A stretch of DNA of 38,839 bases from a virus, in IMG/VR virus record IMGVR_UViG_3300028840_001067, positions 1 to 38,839 of that record; one strand, 5' to 3'. Position numbers and translations under genes: made by a program. Position 1 is the first letter of the stretch, and each line of letters opens with the position of its first letter. The notes under the pieces were generated by a model. The model was not told where the DNA came from. It saw only the letters and a program-made list of their open reading frames with translations, and did not search any database. Of the stretch, positions 7,688 through 13,915 are shown in pieces.

Positions 7688-8443
7688 TTAACGTAGGTCT
7701 ATCCCTGTCAGTTCAAAGAATACTTCAGCATCATAGTTAGGTAAGGCTTTCACCTTAGCCTTATCCCTATTGGATGCCTTAGCATAACTATCCAGCCAGC
7801 TCTGTTTATAGTCATCACCTAAATTAAAGTAAAAGAAATTAGGGATGTCGGATGCTTCCCATACGCTGCGTAGGCAGGGTTTATTAAACACCTGAATAAT
7901 CTCATCCCGCTGTGTATTCAAGTAGCCACTGCTCCCGTTAGTACTATTCCAGTCTCCGGAGTTATAGTCTCCGGAGTTATGGCGGCCGGAGTTACGGTTT
8001 CCGGAGTTATAGTCTCCGGAGTTATGGCGGCCGGAGTTATAGTCTCCGGAGTTACGGTCTCCGGAGTTAGAGTGTCCGGAGTTACGGTTTCCGGAGTTAG
8101 AGTGGCCGGAGTTAGAGTGTCCGGAGTTATAGCGGCCGGAGACTAGAGCCTTCACTTCGTCATCAGTTAAAAAGCGTATGATGCGTAGACGGTTGGTACA
8201 CCCTTTGTGTTGGTGTGGTTGCTCAAACTCAACGTCACCTAATACCTCCACCTCGGCATATAGGTTCTCTGTGATATCCTTTTTTACTGGGTAGTACTGT
8301 AAAGTTAAGACTAGCTCTTTGCAGAAGTGGAAGCCTCGTTTACATAGAATAGGTAATTCCTTTAATTCGTAGGTCTTACCCTCTTCAAATTTAAAACCAC
8401 GGCACGTCCCGTCTTTGTTCAAGGCTTTATAATAAGTAGTCAT
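7688..8443 (-). CDS. Early protein with N-terminal YKA..DG.CRGF...GFHFC domain and a central (NSGxx)12-14 pentapeptide-like repeat
   Basis: 251 aa. MTTYYKALNKDGTCRGFKFEEGKTYE...CKRGFHFC resembles a widespread phage/bacterial domain that I recall as DUF7666 (from memory, unverified). It is followed by NSGHS NSGHS NSGNR NSGHS NSGDR NSGDY NSGRH .... Confidence 0.75.
   Translation of the reverse strand: MTTYYKALNKDGTCRGFKFEEGKTYELKELPILCKRGFHFCKELVLTLQYYPVKKDITENLYAEVEVLGDVEFEQPHQHKGCTNRLRIIRFLTDDEVKALVSGRYNSGHSNSGHSNSGNRNSGHSNSGDRNSGDYNSGRHNSGDYNSGNRNSGRHNSGDYNSGDWNSTNGSSGYLNTQRDEIIQVFNKPCLRSVWEASDIPNFFYFNLGDDYKQSWLDSYAKASNRDKAKVKALPNYDAEVFFELTGIDLR
7950..8150. repeat. 15-bp tandem repeat (about 13 units, core CCGGAGTT) inside the CDS
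   Basis: CCGGAGTT recurs at 7956, 7971, 7986 ... 8121 with exact 15-nt period, and a last degenerate unit (CCGGAGAC) lies at 8136. It encodes the NSGxx repeats on the minus strand. Confidence 0.9.
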
Positions 8444-8456
8444 ATTGTGTTCCTTC

Positions 8457-8675
8457 TTAATGTGTGGTCGGTTTGATTAAAGTTAAGTGAGAGTTAGGGC
8501 TGCGTCTGTGATAAGGCTCACCGTTAGGTAGGTATCTAATAGTTACTAGAGGTTCACCGTCGTGGCCGAATAATAAACACTCACATAGGTGTGTCATTTT
8601 CACCTCTAACCTAGCGCGATACATACCATCCTGTGTCCAGAAGACAGAGCCAATAGGTTCATCATGTAAGTTCAT
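8457..8675 (-). CDS. Hypothetical protein (72 aa from ATG 8675)
   Basis: ATGA start/stop overlap with the upstream gene. GAAGGGGA lies upstream. The track ORF extends to 8705. Confidence 0.6.
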   Translation of the reverse strand: MNLHDEPIGSVFWTQDGMYRARLEVKMTHLCECLLFGHDGEPLVTIRYLPNGEPYHRRSPNSHLTLIKPTTH

Positions 8676-8977
8676 AGTGTCCCCTTCTTCAAACAGCGAA
8701 GCCATAAATTAAATGAATACCCAATTGTTTCCTCGTGGTACATCAAGTCCTGATGTCTAAAGGGAGTACAACAAGTGGCGTTAGGGTGTGGTATGTCTAG
8801 GAAGTATGCCCAATGGCTACCATGACCCGCTTGTAGCTTGGTTATGTACCCACAGTGGGGGCATAGGTACGACTGGCCTACCATTACAATCTCTACTATC
8901 CTACCAACCTCCTGATAGGGTGCTACTCTTACTTGATTACCTACATGATAGAGTAGCGGGACTAGTTTCTTTCCCAT
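8672..8977 (-). CDS. Hypothetical protein (CxxC-containing)
   Basis: 101 aa with CPHCGY...ATCC, co-oriented and tightly packed. Confidence 0.6.
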   Translation of the reverse strand: MGKKLVPLLYHVGNQVRVAPYQEVGRIVEIVMVGQSYLCPHCGYITKLQAGHGSHWAYFLDIPHPNATCCTPFRHQDLMYHEETIGYSFNLWLRCLKKGTL

Positions 8978-8986
8978 ACTAGGTCC

Positions 8987-9190
8987 TTAGTGCAATATAT
9001 GTGCACCTGAATGGTCAGCGAAATGGAAGTCAGATATAGCTATACGTCTTACTGTTTGATTATCCACAGTATCTAAGGTGAAGTAGCTTGCTTCTTCTTC
9101 CAGTGAAGTTTGGTATACACGTAGCTTATCGGGTGCTACATTCCCTATGTGTATACTCAGTAGTAACATAGCGTCACACGCCCAATCCAT
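8987..9190 (-). CDS. Hypothetical protein
   Basis: 67 aa, co-oriented, abutting the neighbouring genes. Confidence 0.5.
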   Translation of the reverse strand: MDWACDAMLLLSIHIGNVAPDKLRVYQTSLEEEASYFTLDTVDNQTVRRIAISDFHFADHSGAHILH

Positions 9191-9384
9191 TAGTCCCTTC
9201 CATTTCTGTATTGTGATACGTAGTAGTGGATGTAGTTTGGCTTATTAAAGTCAGCATTTAAATCCTGCTTCTCCTCATAAGCTGTATGATAATCTCGATG
9301 AGTAGAGATACACACTAACTCCTCATCCTCTAACCCCCGCTGTATACATTTAATTACGTAGTAGTACTTAGGCATAGATAGCAT
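9190..9384 (-). CDS. Hypothetical protein
   Basis: 64 aa (or 61 aa from ATG 9375), co-oriented. Confidence 0.5.
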   Translation of the reverse strand: MLSMPKYYYVIKCIQRGLEDEELVCISTHRDYHTAYEEKQDLNADFNKPNYIHYYVSQYRNGRD

Positions 9385-9559
9385 CCCATATTACTTCAAT
9401 TAAACTTGCTGCCTCCTGACTCTCTAAGTCAGAGCGACGCATTTGATATGTACACTCACCGTTGTGTGAGTACACCATGTAACTACCTTCAGTTGTCTCA
9501 TGTAACACTTCGATTACATCTGTCACTCGATTGAAGAAACTCACAACTACCACTCCCAT
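9368..9559 (-). CDS. Hypothetical acidic protein
   Basis: 63 aa, co-oriented, overlapping both neighbours by a few codons. Confidence 0.5.
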   Translation of the reverse strand: MGVVVVSFFNRVTDVIEVLHETTEGSYMVYSHNGECTYQMRRSDLESQEAASLIEVIWDAIYA

Positions 9560-10128
9560 ATTTTCTTTGATAGGTCAACATCCAGTACATCAGGCTGCCA
9601 CTCTTTCTTAGGTGCATCATAAGATTTACCTATACCCCATGAATCGTTTTGATTCATAGCATGTTCATCTTTTGTTTGTGTACAATTAGATTGAACATCT
9701 AATTTAATGAACAACGCTTTGGTGAAGGTTGTGCGATGAGTACCGTCATCATCTACAATGTACTTTACACCGTTAAATGTAGCCCTAACGTAATAGTTAG
9801 TACCTACTGCGAAGTCCCCGACCTTACTATCTACACACTCAAGCATATCCCCCTCCTTGCAAGCAGTTAGAATATCGTGTAGATGCCCTTGTTGTTGTGT
9901 ATTAACTTGTACAGGTTTGAACTTGACGAGTAGTGTAGAGATAGGATAATAAGTTCGCGCACAACCCAGTTCATTTATAATGCATAGTTCACCAGCCGGA
10001 CTTTTTTCTATTTGATAAGATTTACCCACAGTAATATGCCACGCATCACTGTAAGTACATTCCACTACATCCCCTACCTGTAGTCCTTGTGCTTCAAGAC
10101 TGCCGTCTGAAAATTCAAATTCTTTCAT
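9547..10128 (-). CDS. Hypothetical protein with an internal tandem domain duplication
   Basis: 193 aa. GDVVECTYSDAWHITVGKSYQIE...KFKPV is echoed by GDMLECVDSKVGDFAVGTNYYVR...IKLDV. Confidence 0.65.
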   Translation of the reverse strand: MKEFEFSDGSLEAQGLQVGDVVECTYSDAWHITVGKSYQIEKSPAGELCIINELGCARTYYPISTLLVKFKPVQVNTQQQGHLHDILTACKEGDMLECVDSKVGDFAVGTNYYVRATFNGVKYIVDDDGTHRTTFTKALFIKLDVQSNCTQTKDEHAMNQNDSWGIGKSYDAPKKEWQPDVLDVDLSKKIWEW

Positions 10129-10352
10129 TGTTTAAGTTCCTTAAGTTTATTTGCACCCTTAGCTAAAGAGATGCCGTTAATAGCGAACAGACGTATGCCC
10201 TCCCAATATTCTGGGTGGTTCATTGCCTTCTCTTCACCTATTTCAATAGCAACTTTCAATCGTGCTGCTATTTCATTACGACCTAATGCTTCTAGCTGTG
10301 GAATTAAATCTCTTATTAATGCTTCACGCATTATTTCACTTGCTGCATTCAT
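10125..10352 (-). CDS. Hypothetical protein
   Basis: 75 aa, helical, with an ATGA-type overlap with the downstream gene. Confidence 0.6.
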   Translation of the reverse strand: MNAASEIMREALIRDLIPQLEALGRNEIAARLKVAIEIGEEKAMNHPEYWEGIRLFAINGISLAKGANKLKELKQ

Positions 10353-10364
10353 ACTTTACCTCTA

Positions 10365-10787
10365 CTAATCAAAAATGTAATTTTCATTAACGAAATCAAG
10401 TGTGTTAGGCACAAGCATTTCACCATATCTACCTTCCATTATAAGGTCTTTGTTTTTCAAAAATAATTTACACATACCCAAAGCTATTGACACATATCTA
10501 ACTCTTTTCTCTGTTCTATAAACCAAACTATCAATAGCTTCATCTTTTGATTTTTTAATGGTACGGCTATTTGTTTTTGATACTTTAACTACACCTATCT
10601 TATTATTCTTTAAAAGTGTAACTGGGTTTTTATTCCTGTCGTTATCAATAATTATTTTTGCATAATCATATCTATCATCACGTACGCAAAAATAGTAATG
10701 CTCTGTTTGGTGTATAGATACGAACTTAATAAAATTAACTATAACGCCTTCCTCAGATACACTTAATACTGCTTTATAAAATTTCAC
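10365..10787 (-). CDS. Hypothetical protein in a markedly AT-rich segment (possible moron)
   Basis: 140 aa, K/N/I/Y-rich. By eye the DNA here is much more AT-rich than the flanks. Confidence 0.6.
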   Translation of the reverse strand: MKFYKAVLSVSEEGVIVNFIKFVSIHQTEHYYFCVRDDRYDYAKIIIDNDRNKNPVTLLKNNKIGVVKVSKTNSRTIKKSKDEAIDSLVYRTEKRVRYVSIALGMCKLFLKNKDLIMEGRYGEMLVPNTLDFVNENYIFD

Positions 10788-10790
10788 ACT

Positions 10791-11063
10791 TTACCCCTTG
10801 TTATACCCATGATAAGTCTCAAGCCATTCTTCAATGTCTTGCATACTCATTGTGTCGAAAACCTCACCGCATATGACAAGTAAGTCATGTGCGTCAGATT
10901 GTGTTATACCTTGTCCGTTAAGCAGTGAATGTAATCCATCAAGTGCACCCTTAGCTGCATGTGGGTAGTACCGCTTAGTAGCAGCAGCTTGCTGATGTTT
11001 AGTTAACTGCTCTGATATTTCAGCTAGGTATTTGAATAGTTCTGTTACTGTTATTGTTGTCAT
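10791..11063 (-). CDS. Hypothetical protein (90 aa from ATG 11063)
   Basis: MTTITVTELFKYL... starts 4 nt after the upstream stop (11068). The longer track ORF (to 11129) would overlap the upstream gene by 62 nt. Confidence 0.6.
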   Translation of the reverse strand: MTTITVTELFKYLAEISEQLTKHQQAAATKRYYPHAAKGALDGLHSLLNGQGITQSDAHDLLVICGEVFDTMSMQDIEEWLETYHGYNKG

Positions 11064-11067
11064 ATGT

Positions 11068-11292
11068 TCACCACTTATTATTAAAGCGCATAGCTTTACG
11101 ATAAGAACGCGCATACAATAACCTATCACGATTATTATAAAGATAATCTAGTTGCTGCGTGTCAATACGCATGGCCTCTAGTTTTAATTGGATATGCTGC
11201 TCATATTTATATGAGGGTAGCTTGTGTCTGTATTGTAAGTACATCTGTAATGACAGTGTCACACCCAGTGTAATAAATAATAGGATAGCCAT
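11068..11292 (-). CDS. Small membrane protein (one N-terminal TM segment)
   Basis: 74 aa. MAILLFITLGVTLSLQMYL is hydrophobic and the remainder is basic. AAGGA lies 7 nt upstream of the ATG. Confidence 0.6.
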   Translation of the reverse strand: MAILLFITLGVTLSLQMYLQYRHKLPSYKYEQHIQLKLEAMRIDTQQLDYLYNNRDRLLYARSYRKAMRFNNKW

Positions 11293-11302
11293 AACTTAAT
11301 CC

Positions 11303-11425
11303 TTAAAATGTAGGCAGGCTACGCACTAAATAAGCAAGTAGCTCACCGATAACATAACTAGTAACAGCCACACCAACTAGCATAGCTATTACATGTACAA
11401 GTATACGTTTAAGCATCGAAATCAT
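11303..11425 (-). CDS. Small hydrophobic protein, 40 aa (below ORF-track cutoff)
   Basis: Own translation: MISMLKRILVHVIAMLVGVAVTSYVIGELLAYLVRSLPTF. One TM helix. Its stop lies within the SD region of the next gene. Confidence 0.4.
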   Translation of the reverse strand: MISMLKRILVHVIAMLVGVAVTSYVIGELLAYLVRSLPTF

Positions 11426-11506
11426 CAGCAATAGCTACCTCGATACGTTCAAGTGTTCGTAGTCTTTGTGTCCGTTATAGCTCATTGTCTTGTCCTCAGT
11501 TAATTA

Positions 11507-11740
11507 CTATTCTTTGAAATCTCTAAGAGCAGTTTGTACATCCCGCAATTCAGATGCGCTCCCAGCTTCTACTATATCCCCAGCTAGGTTACGTATGAAG
11601 TAGCGATAAAACCCGTATGTACGAGGTTCCTTGTAAAACACATGACCTTTGGGGAGTATTACACATTGGCCGCCGCCTGAACGTAAGCCGTTTATAGTAG
11701 TGACTGTGAAACCGTATATCTGTTTCGTTTTGAATTCCAT
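11507..11740 (-). CDS. Hypothetical early protein
   Basis: 77 aa, near the 5' end of the minus-strand arm. Confidence 0.6.
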   Translation of the reverse strand: MEFKTKQIYGFTVTTINGLRSGGGQCVILPKGHVFYKEPRTYGFYRYFIRNLAGDIVEAGSASELRDVQTALRDFKE

Positions 11741-11877
11741 AATGTAATCCCTTAGTTAATTACCTTCATGACTACCTCTCAAGTGTAAGAGGTAGCTAGT
11801 AGATAACTAGTCTACAAAATAAGACTTGCTGATTGTCTTGTTAGTGCCTCATCATTAAACACCTTAATAAAAGATGC

Positions 11878-12006
11878 TTAATGATATACAGTATTCCCAG
11901 TTATTACGTGGTCAACCCGCTGTATTCGGTCCCGCTTTTCCCTCATGGCTTCTAACCTATCCCGACTGAGGAGAGCGTTCTTGCTCTTTGCCGTTGATTC
12001 AATCAT
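11878..12006 (-). CDS. Small basic protein, 42 aa; candidate first gene of the early arm (below ORF-track cutoff)
   Basis: Own translation: MIESTAKSKNALLSRDRLEAMREKRDRIQRVDHVITGNTVYH. A perfect AGGAGG lies 7 nt upstream of ATG 12006. Confidence 0.5.
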   Translation of the reverse strand: MIESTAKSKNALLSRDRLEAMREKRDRIQRVDHVITGNTVYH

Positions 12007-12124
12007 AGGCGGACCTCCTAGGATTTAGCAAGCTTTAACACATCGGACCACTGGATAATATTTTAAAAACAATTACTTAGTATAAAAAAAAAAAAACCCA
12101 AACCAGCGGTTTACTCCAAGTGGT

Positions 12125-12130
12125 ATTATA
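12125..12130 (-). promoter_or_regulatory. Candidate -10 element of the early (minus-strand) promoter
   Basis: The minus strand reads a perfect TATAAT preceded by a T-rich tract. There is no good -35 at 16-18 nt. Confidence 0.25.
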
Positions 12131-12274
12131 ACCCCCTAGGTATTAAAAAAACCCACAAGATAAACAAAAATCAAAAACTCAGCCTTTAGCCTAGCCAACG
12201 CTTTAGATAGTAACTGAATCTGTTGATAGTGTGTTCTCTGACACAGTTCTGACATTTATTGACACGGAATTGAC

Positions 12275-12304
12275 TTGACAAGATTCATAATCACCAACTA
12301 GTAT
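12275..12304 (+). promoter_or_regulatory. Sigma70-like promoter reading into hairpin array 1 and terS
   Basis: TTGACA (12275-12280), 18-nt spacer, TAGTAT (12299-12304). It lies within a cluster of TTGAC boxes. Confidence 0.35.
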
Positions 12305-12338
12305 TAGTAGTGGGAAGGGGGAAGAAGGGGGATGGGCA

Positions 12339-12644
12339 GTAGGCAGCAGCCTACATCTAGATGCCCTCTACTCCAATAGAGGGCTATATATTAAAACTTC
12401 TTACGGGAAGTTTAGCTATACTACCTCCTTAAAAGGTAGTATTAAGGATAGTATAGAATCTCTCTTAAAAAGAGATTCATATAGTATAAGTAATATAGAA
12501 GTTCTTATCAGGAGAACTTCTTATATAGTAGCTGTTCTCTAACCCTACCCGAGAACAGCATATAGTAGTAGATACTCTCTTACCTTATCATCGAGAGTAT
12601 CTTATATAATAAATTCTTTAGGGAAAGAATTTATATAGTATAAG
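12339..12644 (+). repeat. Hairpin array 1: nine different stem-loops separated by ATATAGTA-type linkers
   Basis: Perfect inverted repeats at 12339-54, 12363-84, 12394-413, 12418-42, 12456-78, 12497-521, 12531-59, 12570-602 and 12609-34. There is no ORF. Confidence 0.9.
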
Positions 12645-12788
12645 GACTTAAAAATTTATGAAGAACTGTACATTCTATGAACTTTGCATTCGAATTAAAT
12701 GCAATGGGCATAAGCTAAACAGCATGCTAAAAGCTGCTGGTAACTCCGTTCTCTTCGAGACGTGAGTTTATTTGCATAGAAGAAGGTA

Positions 12789-12806
12789 CTTAAATAATTA
12801 TTTAAG
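12789..12806. promoter_or_regulatory. 18-bp perfect palindrome upstream of terS (operator-like)
   Basis: CTTAAATAATTATTTAAG is exactly self-complementary and lies about 110 nt upstream of the terS start. Confidence 0.4.
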
Positions 12807-12917
12807 ACTTCTAAATCAATCATATATAATGCCTATGGCATTCTCTTCTATTCTTATCTATACTCTACTGTATGTTTATACAATTCTATTAATTCTTATC
12901 ATGTATTAGGTGACTCT

Positions 12918-13415
12918 GTGACTAACATTAATCATTGGAATAAAGGTGGTAGACCTACTAAGTACAAGAGTGAGTATATAGAACAGGGCTATAAGTTAGC
13001 TGTTCTTGGTGCTACTATTCCACAAATAGCCGATTTCTTTGAAGTATCTCACGAGACTATCTATGAGTGGATGAGAAAGCATCCCAAGTTTTCTGACGCC
13101 ATAAATAAAGGTAGAACTCAGATGGATATGGAAGTAGCTGAAAGACTCCTACATAAAGCTCAAGGGTACTCTCATAAAGAGACTAAAGTATTCTACGATA
13201 GTAAGACAGGGCAGATAGTTGAGCATGAGGTAGATAAACATTACGCTCCTGATACCACGGCGGCTATCTTCTGGTTGAAGAATAGACAGCCTGAGCTTTG
13301 GAGAGATAAGCAGGAAGTAGAGAGTAAGAATTTACATGCTGTAGTGAATCCAGAGGACGCTAAGTGGACCATTGAGTTTATCAATGCTGAGGACAAGGAA
13401 GAGAAGGATGACTAA
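12918..13415 (+). CDS. terS: Terminase small subunit
   Basis: 165 aa, GTG start. GGRPTKYKSEY...IPQIADFFEVSHETIYEWMRKHPKFSDAINKG is an HTH, and the ...AAIFWLKNRQPELWRDK motif is typical of HTH-type small terminases. It is the first gene of the late arm. Confidence 0.8.
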   Translation: MTNINHWNKGGRPTKYKSEYIEQGYKLAVLGATIPQIADFFEVSHETIYEWMRKHPKFSDAINKGRTQMDMEVAERLLHKAQGYSHKETKVFYDSKTGQIVEHEVDKHYAPDTTAAIFWLKNRQPELWRDKQEVESKNLHAVVNPEDAKWTIEFINAEDKEEKDD

Positions 13416-13581
13416 ACCATTACCTAAAGAAGAGTTACTAGATTTCTTACGTGATGCTCAGCAGAGTTTAAACGAGCTAGATGAGGCTTACTTTGCTTAC
13501 ATGACTTGTGGTACTTCAGTTATCACAGTAGATGCAACAGGTAAGGTGAGAGTCTCAGAGATACGTATCAGAGATACGTAA
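13408..13581 (+). CDS. Hypothetical protein (57 aa from ATG 13408)
   Basis: MTKPLPKEELLDFL.... The ATG lies inside the last terS codons with AAGGAAGAG upstream. The track start 13372 would overlap terS by 44 nt. Confidence 0.5.
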   Translation: MTKPLPKEELLDFLRDAQQSLNELDEAYFAYMTCGTSVITVDATGKVRVSEIRIRDT

Positions 13582-13598
13582 GAGTATGGAGAAATAAT

Positions 13599-13832
13599 AT
13601 GAAGATTAAGAAAGTGGAGTATAGAGTGCAGCCCGTAGAGTACCACCGTTATGATGGTGGTGTAGGTTTACGTTACCAGCCTCAGCATAGAGCTGTAGTG
13701 TTAGGGGTCCCTATGCGATGGAAGAACTTCGATGTGAGTCTTACAGGTGTTAAAGGCACCGTGTGGTTTAATCATGAGCACAGAGCTGAACAGTATATTG
13801 GTGTTGTAGCAGATAGGGAGAGACGGAAGTGA
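13599..13832 (+). CDS. Hypothetical protein
   Basis: 77 aa, with GGAG 7 nt upstream of the ATG. Confidence 0.6.
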   Translation: MKIKKVEYRVQPVEYHRYDGGVGLRYQPQHRAVVLGVPMRWKNFDVSLTGVKGTVWFNHEHRAEQYIGVVADRERRK

Positions 13833-13915
13833 AAGAGCTAGAAAGGGTACGTGCCTCTGTTAAGAGAGTAATGAAGAAGCATAAGAAGACACTTGAGGAG
13901 TTTGCTAAGAGATGA
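13829..13915 (+). CDS. Very small basic ORF, 28 aa (below cutoff)
   Basis: GTG overlaps the upstream stop (GTGA). The sequence is VKELERVRASVKRVMKKHKKTLEEFAKR, and the stop overlaps the next ATG (ATGA). Confidence 0.3.
   Translation: MKELERVRASVKRVMKKHKKTLEEFAKR

Noticed and set aside
7950-8150. 15-bp tandem repeat as a non-coding VNTR or CRISPR-like locus
   Set aside because: It lies in frame inside a 251-aa ORF with conserved flanking domains. The period is a multiple of three and translates to a regular NSGxx repeat.
12339-12644. CRISPR array interpretation of the hairpin arrays (also 19670-19987)
   Set aside because: The conserved elements are only about 8-10 nt linkers and the variable elements are themselves palindromes of unequal length. 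CRISPR has constant 24-40 nt repeats and non-palindromic spacers of fixed size. There are no cas genes or leader.
12339-12644. Hairpin arrays as stacked intrinsic terminators, ToxI-like antitoxin RNA repeats or tRNA/sRNA genes
   Set aside because: No stem is followed by a U-tract. ToxI-type arrays are identical direct repeats, whereas these units all differ. Units of about 20-35 nt cannot fold into tRNA cloverleaves, and no T-loop or anticodon-arm signature is present. RNA function is still possible and is kept as a hypothesis in the findings.
12658-12765. 35-aa ORF (MKNCTFYELCIRIKCNGHKLNSMLKAAGNSVLFET) in the terS leader, plus a 16-aa ORF upstream of 11425
   Set aside because: The SD spacing is poor (AAGGA 11 nt upstream) or the ORF is tiny. 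There is no coupling to neighbours and the sequence is low-information. The region is more likely leader RNA.
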